Shown piece after piece: positions 17,912 through 27,185 of a DNA stretch of 56,110 nucleotides; within the stretch, counting starts at the first letter, position 1, and each line of letters opens with the position of its first letter. Source of the stretch: a bacterium (GTDB taxonomy: Bacteria > UBP15 > UBA6099 > JBFMBQ01); the NCBI GenBank assembly GCA_040752295.1, contig JBFMFE010000020.1, positions 1 to 56,110 on the forward strand. The letters run 5' to 3'. The position numbers and the translations under genes were made by a program. The notes beneath the pieces were generated by a model. The model was not told the origin of the DNA, searched no databases, and saw only the letters and a list, made by a program, of their open reading frames with translations.

Positions 17912-18826
17912 GTGAGAAGGGCTGGTTTATGCGTGGCGGCTGTCGCTGCGGCAATCGCCTGGATATGGGTCGGCGAGTGCGCGGAAGATTACAGGAAGCA
18001 CCTTGAGAAGGGGATCGCCCTCAGCGAGGAATGCAGGCACAGGGAGGAGGAAGCGCTCGCGGAGGTCGAAAAGGCGTATAGAATGAACCCGAACGATTTC
18101 GAGACGCGGTACTGGTACGGCAGAACGCTGTACGACAACAGGAGGTTCGGTGAGGCTGCTGGTGTGCTCGAAAGCGCGTTGAGCCAGAGACCGGACGACG
18201 TGAAGGCGAACGCGTATCTGGCATACTCGTACGGGCGGATAGGAGAGAACCTTCTGAAGCGGACGGTATACATGTTCAAGTCCACGCGGCAGATAAAGAA
18301 GGTTCTGGACATCGATCCCAATTTTGCCGACGCATATTTTTCGCTCGCGATCGGGTGCACGTACCTCGGGTGGTACGAGAAGCCGACGGGGGTTTTCCGG
18401 CAGCTGGTGAAGCTTGTTTTAGAGGACGAGGAGCTTGTGGACACGTTTTCGGCGGAGGCGCTGTACTTCAAGGCGATAAGCCTTGACCCGGACAACGCGT
18501 GGTACTACGTGCAGCTTGGCTGGCTGTACCTGAAGCAGAATAAGCCGGATAAGGCGCGGAAGGAATTCGAGAAGGCGATGGCGCTCGCGGAGAAGGACGT
18601 CAAGTGCGGGATGAAGGACGACACGGTGCCGAGGGGGATCGCCGTCTATTACGAGGACGCGCAGATGTTCGAGGAGGGGCTGAGGTACGCGAAGACGGCG
18701 CTGCGCTGGAACCCTGAGGACCTGTGTCTGGAGCCGAGGTTGTCCATCGGGCGCGTGATAGACAGGCTCGAGGAAGAGGTACGCACGGGCAAGGCGATCA
18801 TGAAGGACGTGGCGGACGAGATGTGA
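17912..18826 (+). CDS. TPR repeat protein with an N-terminal membrane anchor or signal
   Basis: Repeated TPR-like A..Y..A/G patterns. The start is uncertain: TTG 17828 opens the ORF, while GTG 17912 follows GGTGGAG. Confidence 0.6.
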   Translation: MRRAGLCVAAVAAAIAWIWVGECAEDYRKHLEKGIALSEECRHREEEALAEVEKAYRMNPNDFETRYWYGRTLYDNRRFGEAAGVLESALSQRPDDVKANAYLAYSYGRIGENLLKRTVYMFKSTRQIKKVLDIDPNFADAYFSLAIGCTYLGWYEKPTGVFRQLVKLVLEDEELVDTFSAEALYFKAISLDPDNAWYYVQLGWLYLKQNKPDKARKEFEKAMALAEKDVKCGMKDDTVPRGIAVYYEDAQMFEEGLRYAKTALRWNPEDLCLEPRLSIGRVIDRLEEEVRTGKAIMKDVADEM

Positions 18827-18839
18827 GGGGGCGTGGGAA

Positions 18840-19859
18840 TCAGTCGGGCGCGCGGCAGTTGCGCAGAAACTTCGCGGTTTCCTCGGGTTTCGCGGTGGAG
18901 ATGTAAATCCCGGAGCACAGTTCGAAGCCGACCGTGACGGCCATGCGCGGGAGCAGTTGAAAGTACCAGTGGTACTGTTCCCTGAACCTTGTCCTTGAGG
19001 GAGAGGTCTGTATCACGTAGTTGTAGTCGGGGTCGCCGAGTCCGTAGTACATTTTTTTGAGAATGTCTCTGACGATGTGAGAGAGTTCCCTGAGTTCCTC
19101 GTAGGGGATTTCGCCGTATGAGGGGGCGTGGTTTTTGGGGACGATCCAGGTTTCGAAAGGCGCCTGCGAGGCGAAGGGTTCGAAGACGACGAAGCGGTCG
19201 GAGTCCAGCACGATGCGCTCTTTAACGGTGAGGGTCTTTTCGATCATGTCGCACGTGATGCAGGAGTTGTGTTTCTCGAAATAGTCTTTCGCGGTGTCGA
19301 GGCGCATCTGGATTCTGGTGGGGATGATGGGGGTGGCGATGAGCTGGGAGTGGGGGTGTTCGAGGGAGGCGCCCGCTCTGAGTCCGTTGTTTCTGAAGAT
19401 TGTAATGAGGTTGATCTGTTCGTCTTTTTCGAGCATCCGGTAGCGGTCCTGGTAGAGGATGAAGAGCTGTTCGACGTCGTCGTCGGACATGGTGCCGACG
19501 GTGAGGTCGTGGCGGGGGTGGTCAACAATGACGTCGTGGACGCCGAAGCCGCGGACGGCGTTGAAGAAATTCGCCTCGTGGTACCAGTCGGCGCTGTCGT
19601 TTGAATTGAGGGCGGGGAATTTGTTGGGCGTGATTCTCGCCTGCCAGCCGGGGGTGTCGGGTTGTGAATCCACCGGGCGCGCAGCCATTATTTCCGGCGG
19701 GGTCATGTGTTCGTTGCCGGGGCAGAAAGGGCAGTTTTCGCTGAAGCGCGGGAGTTTCGGCTTTTCGTTGTTTTTGTGGAAATCTTCCGGTCTGAGGGCT
19801 CTTTCGGTGGCGATTATGACCCACTCGCCCGTTATCCGGTTCTGGCGCAGTTCGGACAA
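18840..19859 (-). CDS. galT: galactose-1-phosphate uridylyltransferase
   Basis: CPFCPGNE zinc site and HPHSQ active-site motif. The start appears to be TTG. Confidence 0.85.
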   Translation of the reverse strand: MSELRQNRITGEWVIIATERALRPEDFHKNNEKPKLPRFSENCPFCPGNEHMTPPEIMAARPVDSQPDTPGWQARITPNKFPALNSNDSADWYHEANFFNAVRGFGVHDVIVDHPRHDLTVGTMSDDDVEQLFILYQDRYRMLEKDEQINLITIFRNNGLRAGASLEHPHSQLIATPIIPTRIQMRLDTAKDYFEKHNSCITCDMIEKTLTVKERIVLDSDRFVVFEPFASQAPFETWIVPKNHAPSYGEIPYEELRELSHIVRDILKKMYYGLGDPDYNYVIQTSPSRTRFREQYHWYFQLLPRMAVTVGFELCSGIYISTAKPEETAKFLRNCRAPD

Positions 19860-20437
19860 GTATTCGTTACACCTTCGCTTTCCATTGCCTTATTTTAATG
19901 CTACACTCAAATTCAGTGAAAGTCAAATCGGGCTGGAGTTAGTCAAACGTTGTATTGCGGGAATCATCATCTATAACACTCACGAGGGCGTTTAATCTCG
20001 GTTTTTCTTGTTAAAACTCATCGGTTCGTTTAAATCCTGGATTTCTGAGGACACGATCCGGAATTTCGGAATTTTTCAGGTGACGTGACCCGAATTTGCT
20101 GTTTAATACGGGATCGTGTCGCCGGAAAGCGCCCGGGGTTCATGAACGGCGCGCAATGCTGTAAAATCAGAGTGGTGAGCACACCGGGACCGGCGTTATC
20201 GAGGCTGATAAAAGCGATGAAGCCCTTCCGCCTCGGAGGGGTTTTCGCCGGGTGCGGCGCGGAGGGGCGTAGGGAAGGAGAAGAAGGAAGACGCGGAGTG
20301 TACACGTCGTCCGGGCGGCGGCGTTCGATGGGGGCGGATTGATTTTCCGCGGGGGCAAAGTTATAAAAAAAGTGAAGACGGGCGAAATCGCAGGCGAGCA
20401 TCTGCGCGTGGTAAGGGAAGCGGCGGGGAGGCGCAGG

Positions 20438-21190
20438 ATGAAGAGAAATGAGCGGAGGGGCGGACGTCGCGCCGGCGCCGGGGCGATCGTAACGGCGGTC
20501 TGTACCGTTGCTTTTCTGGCGCATGGGCAGACGGCTTCCGGGGGGAACGTGACCGCCGAAAGCGTGATCAGCGTGTCGTCGGCGCCCAACCCGGCATGGG
20601 CGCCCGCGAACGTATGCGACGGCGAGGTCGGTCCCACAAGGGGGTGGCTGGGTGAGTGGGACGAGAAAAAACCCAACCTGTGGATACAGTTCGACTTTCC
20701 GTCGCCCGTGGTGGTATCGAATGTGCGGTTGATGCAGGCGGGGCTGCCGGAAGCCGGCTGGAGGCGGTTTTCACGCCCGAAAAAGATAGTCCTGACGTTT
20801 AACGGCGACAGAAAGACGGCGAGGGAATTGGTTTTGGAAGACAGGGAACACGTTTTTCAGGACGCAGCCGTGGGTCCGGTGGAAGCGGGCGCGGTCCGGG
20901 TTGAGGTGAGCGAGGTTTTTTCCGATGCGCGGATAGGAACAATGGCGGGATTTCAGGAGATCGAGATAATAGCCGACGAGGGCGCCGGTGGGGTGGGGAA
21001 GACGCCGGCGGCGGGGGTTGGAAACCCAACGGAAGGGGTCCCCGCCGGCGAGGCGCGGGCGGGTAAGGCGCGGGCGGGCGGCGGCGATGAAGCTGGAGTG
21101 AAGAAGGGCGTCACCGAGGAGGAGCGTGCGATACTTGAACTTCTGGGGGAGCTTTTAGAGCGGCTGGAGAAGCGATTCAGCGAGGATTGA
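20438..21190 (+). CDS. secreted protein with a discoidin (F5/8 type C)-like domain
   Basis: Signal peptide (MKRNERRGGRRAGAGAIVTAVCTVAFLAHG). NVCDG...WIQFDF..P..V..V is typical of discoidin-like sugar-binding domains. Confidence 0.5.
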   Translation: MKRNERRGGRRAGAGAIVTAVCTVAFLAHGQTASGGNVTAESVISVSSAPNPAWAPANVCDGEVGPTRGWLGEWDEKKPNLWIQFDFPSPVVVSNVRLMQAGLPEAGWRRFSRPKKIVLTFNGDRKTARELVLEDREHVFQDAAVGPVEAGAVRVEVSEVFSDARIGTMAGFQEIEIIADEGAGGVGKTPAAGVGNPTEGVPAGEARAGKARAGGGDEAGVKKGVTEEERAILELLGELLERLEKRFSED

Positions 21191-21205
21191 AGGGGATGAA
21201 GCGAT

Positions 21206-21454
21206 ATGCCGTATTATGACTACGTGTGCGGTGAGTGCGGGAGCGCGTTTGAGATACAGTGCGGGATCAACGACGACAGGAGCGGGGTGAGGTGCGCGGA
21301 GTGCGGTTCGGGGAAGGTGGAGCGCAATTTCGGGACGATTTACCTTCCGAAGAAGGGGAAGGCGAGAGCCGGCGGGGGCGGGTTCGGGTCGCCGCCAGGA
21401 GGGGGAAGCTCGTGCAGCACGTGCACGAGCGGCACGTGTTCCACGTGCGGGTGA
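21206..21454 (+). CDS. FmdB-family zinc-ribbon protein
   Basis: MPYYDYVCGECG...RCAECGSGKVERNF, a CxxC...CxxC ribbon, with a Gly/Ser/Cys tail. Confidence 0.8.
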   Translation: MPYYDYVCGECGSAFEIQCGINDDRSGVRCAECGSGKVERNFGTIYLPKKGKARAGGGGFGSPPGGGSSCSTCTSGTCSTCG

Positions 21455-21565
21455 GAGGGTTTCATGCGACTGAAATCGGGACCGGGTTTCCCCGTTTCGG
21501 GCGACCTGCCGTCAGGGTCTGATCTTTGCGGCATTGTTCCCGGAAGGTTTTTTTCGTCCCGGGGC

Positions 21566-21592
21566 TAAAGTTTTTCCAGATCGAGCCGATAA
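21566..21592 (+). promoter_or_regulatory. sigma28 (FliA) promoter, TAAAGTTT-N11-GCCGATAA
   Basis: Exact match to the enterobacterial sigma28 consensus: TAAAGTTT at 21566-21573, an 11-nt spacer, GCCGATAA at 21585-21592. Confidence 0.7.
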
Positions 21593-21711
21593 AGGTTAAT
21601 GGGAAGGGCTGTGCCTTTGCGCCCGCATGGAGGATGGGTTGAAGCCTGCAAGGACTGCTTCCCGCCAGGGAAGGACGGGGAGCGATCCCCCTTCCTGAAA
21701 CAGGGAGGATG

Positions 21712-21882
21712 ATGGAGATGACAGTGAACCCGGCATCCATCGAGGGGATACTCCAGCAGAGCACGCAGAAGCAGGGTGAGACCCTGATACAGCTCATGGA
21801 AGCGAGCCGGCAGGCAGAGATCGCCTCGACCAGACCGCTGAAGAACATCACCGAAACAACACAGGTTGACCTGACGGTGTGA
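21712..21882 (+). CDS. 56-aa YjfB-like putative motility protein (too short for the ORF track)
   Basis: GGGAGGA SD before the ATG. The peptide is MEMTVNPASIEGILQQSTQKQGETLIQLMEASRQAEIASTRPLKNITETTQVDLTV. Its length, Gln-rich helix and xVDLTV end resemble YjfB (PF14070), which is sigmaD-dependent in Bacillus. Confidence 0.5.
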   Translation: MEMTVNPASIEGILQQSTQKQGETLIQLMEASRQAEIASTRPLKNITETTQVDLTV

Positions 21883-21892
21883 GGCTCCGGGG

Positions 21893-23266
21893 TCATTCCG
21901 GGGAGACCAGGTAGGCGCAGTATTCGCCGCACATGGAGCAGGTGTTGTCGCCCGGTTTTTTTCTTTTTTTGTTTTCCCTGTAGAGGGCAAACTTAGCGGG
22001 GTCAATGGCGAGATTTTCCTGTGTCCGCCAGTCGAGGGCTTTTCTCGCGGCGGACATACTGGTGTCGAGTGCGCGCCTGCCGAGTTTGCAGACGTCGGCG
22101 GCGTGAGCGGCGATGCGGGATGCGATTACGCCGAGGCGGACGTCGTCGGGGGTGGGGAGGCCGAGGTGCTCGGAGGGGGTGACGTAGCAGAGGAAGTCCG
22201 CGCCGGCGGCGGCGGCGGCGGCGCCTCCGATGGCGGAGGTGATGTGGTCGTAGCCGGGGGCGACGTCGGTGACGAGGGGTCCGAGGAGGTAGTAGGGTGC
22301 GCCGCCGCAGAGGGATTTCTGCATTTTGACGTTGGCGGCGATCTGGTCGAGGGGCATGTGACCGGGTCCTTCGATGATCGCCTGGACGCCCTCGCGGAGG
22401 CAGAGCTGGGCGAGTTCGCCGAGGAAGATCATTTCCTGAACCATGGCGCGGTCGTGGGCGTCGTCGAGGCATCCTGAGCGGAGACCGTCGCCGAGGCTGA
22501 GGGTGACGTCGTGTTTTTTCGCGATTTCGAGGACGCGGTCGAAGTGTTCATAGAGGGGGTTTTCGCGTCCGGAGTGTTTCATCCAGGAGGCGAGGAGGGC
22601 GCCGCCGCGGCTGACGATGCCGGTCACGCGTTTCTGTTTCGAGAGGCGTTCGAGGGCGGCGGCTGTAAGCCCGGCGTGGACGGTCATGAAGTCCACGCCG
22701 TCGTCCGCCTGCTGTTCGATGACGTCGAAGAGTTCCGCGGGGTCGAGGCGCGCGCGGGGTGAGGAGGGAGTTTCGCCGGCGCGGTTCACGGCGCGGACGA
22801 ACGCCTCGTAAACTGGGACGGTGCCGAGGGGGACGGGGCAGTTTTCGAGGATGGCGCGGCGTATTTTACGGACGTCGCCGCCGGTGCTGAGGTCCATGAC
22901 GGTGTCGGCGCCCGCTTTCAGGGCTTCCCTGAGCTTGGCGAGTTCGAAAGCGACGGAGTGTTTGTCCCTCGAGGAGCCGATGTTCGCGTTCACCTTGGTG
23001 GAGAGACCGGCACCGATGCCGCAGGTTCTGACGCCGCGGCGTTTTTTGTTGAGGGGGATGACGACGCGACCGCAGGCGACGTTCGCCAGCAGTTCGCGTT
23101 CGACCACGAGTTCGGTCTTCGCGGTCTTACGGACGGCGTCGGTGGAACGTCCGCGCCGCGCTTTTTCAATGAGCGTGAGGGAATCGTTTTTTCCGCGGGG
23201 GGCGGAGGGGGGCGTCGTCCGCTTCCCCGGTTTTCCGGCGTCTTTTGAGTTTGACCGTTCCTTCAC
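21893..23266 (-). CDS. thiC: phosphomethylpyrimidine synthase
   Basis: Short-form ThiC ([21 protein letters not shown], and C-terminal CSMCGEYC). The GTG start overlaps the thiG stop. Confidence 0.93.
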   Translation of the reverse strand: MKERSNSKDAGKPGKRTTPPSAPRGKNDSLTLIEKARRGRSTDAVRKTAKTELVVERELLANVACGRVVIPLNKKRRGVRTCGIGAGLSTKVNANIGSSRDKHSVAFELAKLREALKAGADTVMDLSTGGDVRKIRRAILENCPVPLGTVPVYEAFVRAVNRAGETPSSPRARLDPAELFDVIEQQADDGVDFMTVHAGLTAAALERLSKQKRVTGIVSRGGALLASWMKHSGRENPLYEHFDRVLEIAKKHDVTLSLGDGLRSGCLDDAHDRAMVQEMIFLGELAQLCLREGVQAIIEGPGHMPLDQIAANVKMQKSLCGGAPYYLLGPLVTDVAPGYDHITSAIGGAAAAAAGADFLCYVTPSEHLGLPTPDDVRLGVIASRIAAHAADVCKLGRRALDTSMSAARKALDWRTQENLAIDPAKFALYRENKKRKKPGDNTCSMCGEYCAYLVSPE

Positions 23267-24042
23267 TTTATAACACCCTCCCCGGGGCTGCTCGGGCGCG
23301 CGTAGTCCACCCTGGGTATTCTCCCCGCGAGGAAGCCGAGTCTGCCGGCTTCCACGCCGAGTTTGAAGCCGCGCGCCATCGCCACGGGGTCTTTCGCCCT
23401 TGCGATGGCGGTGTTGACGAGGACGGCGTCGGCGCCGAGTTCCATCGCCTGAGCGGCGTCGGAGGGGACGCCGAGTCCGGCGTCCACGACGATGGGAACG
23501 ACGCCGCCGAACCTTTTGACCATGAGGCGGATGAAGGAGAAATCAATGAAGCCCTGTCCGGAGCCGATGGGAGAGGCGAAGGGCATGACGGAGGCGGCGC
23601 CTGCGTCAATGAGTTTTCCCGCGATGACGGGGTCGCCGGACGTGTAGGGCATCACGGTGAAGCCGTCGTTGACGAGTATTTTCGTAGCTTCGATTGTCGC
23701 GACGACGTCCGGGAGGAGTGTTTCGGAGTCGTTGATGACTTCGAGCTTGACGAGGTCGGACAAGCCGGCGGCTTTTGCGACGTGCGCCACGCGGACCGCC
23801 TCGTCAACGGAGGCGCAGCCGGCGGTGTTGGGGAGTATCGTCACCTTGTCCCCGTCGAGATGGTCGAGGAGGGATTCCTCGTCCGGATTATCGAGGTTGA
23901 CGCGCCTGACGGCGACGGTGACGACCTGGGCGCCGGACGCCGCTATCGCGTCTTTCATGACGTTGAAGTTTTCGTATTTTCCGGTGCCGACCATGAGGCG
24001 GGAGTGGAAGGCGTATGAACCGATTCTGAGAGAGTCGTCCAT
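23263..24042 (-). CDS. thiG: thiazole synthase
   Basis: [24 protein letters not shown] and VLVNTAIA. Confidence 0.95.
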   Translation of the reverse strand: MDDSLRIGSYAFHSRLMVGTGKYENFNVMKDAIAASGAQVVTVAVRRVNLDNPDEESLLDHLDGDKVTILPNTAGCASVDEAVRVAHVAKAAGLSDLVKLEVINDSETLLPDVVATIEATKILVNDGFTVMPYTSGDPVIAGKLIDAGAASVMPFASPIGSGQGFIDFSFIRLMVKRFGGVVPIVVDAGLGVPSDAAQAMELGADAVLVNTAIARAKDPVAMARGFKLGVEAGRLGFLAGRIPRVDYARPSSPGEGVIK

Positions 24043-24060
24043 GAGATTTACCCCTTTCGT

Positions 24061-24267
24061 TCAGCCGCCGCCGACGAAGCGGACGAGTTCGAGTTCGTCC
24101 CTTTCCTTCAGCGTGACCGAGTCATAGTCGTCCTTTTTCAGGATTCTGCGGTTGTGTTCGACGACGGCGGTCTGGCGGCGGACGCCGAGGCGTTCGAGGA
24201 AGCGCCCGACGGTGATGCCGTCTTCGGTTCTGCGTTCCGCGCCGTTTACGAGGATGGTTATTTCCAT
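24061..24267 (-). CDS. thiS: sulfur carrier protein ThiS
   Basis: 68 aa ending in VGGG. It is the 3-prime part of the spurious 414-aa ORF 24061..25305. Confidence 0.85.
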   Translation of the reverse strand: MEITILVNGAERRTEDGITVGRFLERLGVRRQTAVVEHNRRILKKDDYDSVTLKERDELELVRFVGGG

Positions 24268-24268
24268 G

Positions 24269-25339
24269 TTAAAGTGGCGTGCGCCGGGCGGTTTTTTCAG
24301 CTCTCCGGAGTGTTTTTTCGAGGAACGCGCGCGGGTTTTCGGCGCGTTTGACGGCGGAGATGATCGCCGCGCCCGCCGCGCCCGCGCAGAAGACGTCCTC
24401 GACGTTGGCGTCGTTGACGCCGCCGATGGCGACGACCGGTACGGGGACCGCCCCGCACACGTCCGCGAGCGCGCGTACGCCGAGGGGTTTTTTGCCGGGT
24501 TTTGTGGGAGAGGGGAAGATGGGTCCGAGGGAGATGTAATCGGGTGCGGCTTTCGCCGCGGCGAGAGCCTGTGTGAGGGAGTGAGTTGAGACGCCGAAGA
24601 GGAGTTTTCCGCCGGAGATTTTCCGGGCGTTGCGGAGTGGGACGTCGCCGGCGCCGAGGTGGACACCGTGCGCGCCCGCGGCGAGGGCGATGTCGAGCCT
24701 GTCGTTGACGAAGGCGAGGGCGCCGAGTTTTCGCGCCGCCGCGGAGAGTCTTTTCGCGCAGTTGAGGACTCTGCGGTCCGTGGCGTTTTTTTCGCGCAGC
24801 TGGAGGAGAGCGGCGCCGCCGCGGATGAGGGATTCGACGCGCCGGTCGGAGTCGAGGTCTTCAACGGCGCCGATGACGCAGATGAAAGGCGGGTCGGGGA
24901 GGGAGGGGCGGTGTGCGCCGCCGGTCGAGACGGCGAGAACCGTTTTTTTCTCGAGGTCGTAGAGGGTGAACCTTGCGGCGGCGAATTTTTTCGAGCAGGA
25001 GGGCGAGAGGCAGTTCGCGGTTTCCTCGAGCACCCTGAGGGCTTCCTGAACGCGGTTGAAGTTGGCGGTGAGCAGGTCGGACGGTTTTTTTTTCGCGGAT
25101 GGGAGGGTTGTTCTTCCTGGGTCGGACACGGAATCGCGGGCTGAGAGCAGCGCGTTTTTGCCGCCCGGGAGCGAGGCGGGGGCGGCGCGCAGCAGGTGGC
25201 GCAGGCGCCTGAGTTCGGCTGAGAGCGCGCCGTCGCCGGAGGCGAACCTTGCGAGGTCTTCGATGACCCTGATTCCCTCGACGGCGCGGTTGAGGTTGGC
25301 GTCAATCACCCTGTATATGCGTGCGTCTGCCTGCTTCAT
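24269..25339 (-). CDS. thiE: thiamine-phosphate synthase with an N-terminal extension of about 150 aa
   Basis: The C-terminal half is a TMP-TENI fold (LQLREK, VNDRLDIA, GVHLG, AIGG). The N-terminal YRVIDANLNRAVEGIRVIED domain resembles ThiD2-type extensions. ATG 25339 was chosen because a riboswitch terminator lies upstream of it. Confidence 0.85.
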   Translation of the reverse strand: MKQADARIYRVIDANLNRAVEGIRVIEDLARFASGDGALSAELRRLRHLLRAAPASLPGGKNALLSARDSVSDPGRTTLPSAKKKPSDLLTANFNRVQEALRVLEETANCLSPSCSKKFAAARFTLYDLEKKTVLAVSTGGAHRPSLPDPPFICVIGAVEDLDSDRRVESLIRGGAALLQLREKNATDRRVLNCAKRLSAAARKLGALAFVNDRLDIALAAGAHGVHLGAGDVPLRNARKISGGKLLFGVSTHSLTQALAAAKAAPDYISLGPIFPSPTKPGKKPLGVRALADVCGAVPVPVVAIGGVNDANVEDVFCAGAAGAAIISAVKRAENPRAFLEKTLRRAEKTARRTPL

Positions 25340-25346
25340 CGGCGTT

Positions 25347-25384
25347 CCGAAAATCAAAGCCGCGCCCGGGGTGAGGGCACGGCT
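25347..25384 (-). terminator. intrinsic terminator forming the expression platform of the TPP riboswitch
   Basis: Minus-strand AGCCGTGCCC-tcacccc-GGGCGCGGCT stem followed by TTTGATTTTCGG, directly before the thiE ATG. Confidence 0.55.
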
Positions 25385-25398
25385 ATCGAGGTTCACCG

Positions 25399-25482
25399 CT
25401 CTTCCTACGCCGGTATTACCCGGTTCAGGTTCGAGGGGTAGATTTCAGGTCTTCTCAGCCGTACGGCACCCCCGGCGGCTAA
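25399..25482 (-). promoter_or_regulatory. TPP (THI-box) riboswitch
   Basis: The minus strand reads GGGGUGCCGUACGGCUGAGAAGACCUGAAAUCUACCCCUCGAACCUGAACCGGGUAAUACCGGCGUAGGAAG. This contains the conserved GGGGUGC, CUGAGA, ACCC, GAACCUGA and GGGUAAUACCGGCGUAGGAA blocks. Confidence 0.92.
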
Positions 25483-25486
25483 TTAC

Positions 25487-25515
25487 AATATAATCAATTT
25501 TGATGTGATTTTCAA
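25487..25515 (-). promoter_or_regulatory. putative sigma70 promoter of the thi operon (TTGAAA-17-TATATT)
   Basis: Read on the minus strand, immediately upstream of the riboswitch. Confidence 0.55.
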
Positions 25516-25661
25516 CTTTTCTCTCCGCATAATTTATTCATTGCCGTATTATGCCCGACCGCATGAATTTTGCATGAATTTTGTCGGTGGGGTTAAATCA
25601 TAACTAGGCCGATGTTATAAAAGGTCTCCGCATTGCTTAAAAAGAATCACCTCCATATCTC

Positions 25662-25691
25662 TTGACAACGTCATTCACATGGTCATAATAT
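25662..25691 (+). promoter_or_regulatory. putative sigma70 promoter of fic (TTGACA-18-TAATAT)
   Basis: TTGACA at 25662-25667 and TAATAT at 25686-25691. Confidence 0.45.
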
Positions 25692-25755
25692 GTGTCATGA
25701 TAAGCGCCAGAAATTTTAAATAATCGCAAAATACCTGTAACATAAAGGGTTTTTA

Positions 25756-26913
25756 ATGGGATCGGAAAGGACATATCTAAAGACAAATCCGTGGATAACT
25801 TTCGCGTTTGACATAGAGAAAGTAAGCCGCAGATCATGGATATTGCTGGGTGAGGCGGTGTCTAAATGTGAACACATTGCCGGCGTACCCCTTATGCCAA
25901 CTGTTGCGAGAAGAATGCATTCTTTGTATCTTGCGAAGGGGGCATTAGCTACGACGGCGATAGAGGGCAATACACTCACGGAGGAAGAAGCAATCGCCCA
26001 TGCGGAGGGCAAGCTTAAACTCCCGCCGTCGCGTGAATATCTGGCAAAAGAGTTAGACAACATCATAGATTCGTGCAACAAGATACAACAGGAGGTCGAG
26101 GGCTTCGGTGACGCGCTCATTTCCGTTGAAAAAATTCTTTCAATGAACAGGGATGTTTTGAGGGGGCTGCCAAATGCAGAAGAGATAAGCCCCGGCGAAT
26201 TCCGCCAGCACAACGTCACCGTTGGAAAATACAGATGCGCGCCCTGGCAAGATTGCAAGTATCTCACGCACAGGCTTGTTGAGTTTCTGAATGATTTCAA
26301 AGTAAGCGGGAAAGAGGCTCAAGTTTTTGCCATCATAAAGGCAACATTAGGGCATCTTTATCTTGTGTGGATTCACCCGTTTGCCGATGGCAATGGAAGA
26401 ACGGCAAGGCTTTTGGAGTTTTACATCTTGATGTCCGCCGGTTTTCCCGCCCCGGCGTGTCACTTGCTCAGCAACCACTACAATAAGACCAGAACGGAAT
26501 ATTATCGTCATCTTGATATTGCAAGCAAAACTGAAAACGGGGACGTTTTATTTCTTCAATATGCGGTTGAGGGGTTTGTTGACGGGCTCAAGGAACAGAT
26601 TGAATATATAAGAGAACAACAGTGGCAGGTATCCTGGACAAATTACGTACATGAGTTGTATAAAGGCAAAAAATCACCTGCGGAAACGCGCAAAAGAGAC
26701 TTGGCGCTGGTCCTGCCGCAAAACTATTTCGTTCCAATAGAAAAAATACCTGTTTTGACGCCTGAAATGGCAATTGCATATTCGGGAAAAACGAGAAGAA
26801 CCATAAAAAGAGATCTGGCGGCTTTGAACTCGAAGAATCTGATTGAGATAAAGCGGGGCGGGGTTCGTGCAAAGAAAGAAAATATCCTGGCGTTTCTACC
26901 CTGGCGCAGGTAG
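25756..26913 (+). CDS. Fic family protein (AMPylase-type) with an N-terminal inhibitory motif and a C-terminal wHTH-like tail
   Basis: Fic motif HPFADGNGRTARLL. TTAIEGN fits the [ST]xxxE[GN] autoinhibition helix. The gene is visibly low in G+C. Confidence 0.9.
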   Translation: MGSERTYLKTNPWITFAFDIEKVSRRSWILLGEAVSKCEHIAGVPLMPTVARRMHSLYLAKGALATTAIEGNTLTEEEAIAHAEGKLKLPPSREYLAKELDNIIDSCNKIQQEVEGFGDALISVEKILSMNRDVLRGLPNAEEISPGEFRQHNVTVGKYRCAPWQDCKYLTHRLVEFLNDFKVSGKEAQVFAIIKATLGHLYLVWIHPFADGNGRTARLLEFYILMSAGFPAPACHLLSNHYNKTRTEYYRHLDIASKTENGDVLFLQYAVEGFVDGLKEQIEYIREQQWQVSWTNYVHELYKGKKSPAETRKRDLALVLPQNYFVPIEKIPVLTPEMAIAYSGKTRRTIKRDLAALNSKNLIEIKRGGVRAKKENILAFLPWRR

Positions 26914-27185
26914 GCGATCGGTTCAGACGATCATCATGGATTGTTCAAATTGGTCTTCTGCCGGCAGTTGGAATGAACGTACCGTCCGGTAGCGCGGGGA
27001 GCGTTTGCGAGCTGTATGATTCGGGGGGAAAACGGCATATGATTTTACCTGATCATGGCGCAGAAATTACGTAAAGGCCGGGCAGTGGCACGTGCGGGCA
27101 CACGGGCACGGGGGGCGCCGGCGGTTTCCGGGATAAGGCGCGGGTCGGGCGCGAGTCTGGTTGACGTGCGACACGGACGCGGGGC

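Noticed and set aside
21883-21892. Terminator between the convergent yjfB-like ORF and thiC.
   Set aside because: Only 10 bp separate the stops. The local CCGGGG repeats are direct rather than inverted, so no hairpin can form.
25561-25582. Short tandem repeats as possible CRISPR or minisatellite arrays (GCATGAATTTT x2 here, GGAATTTC x2 at 20060, and the 9-bp units at 6436).
   Set aside because: Each has only two to five very short units with no spacer-repeat architecture and no cas genes. They are not CRISPR and are reported only as small repeats.
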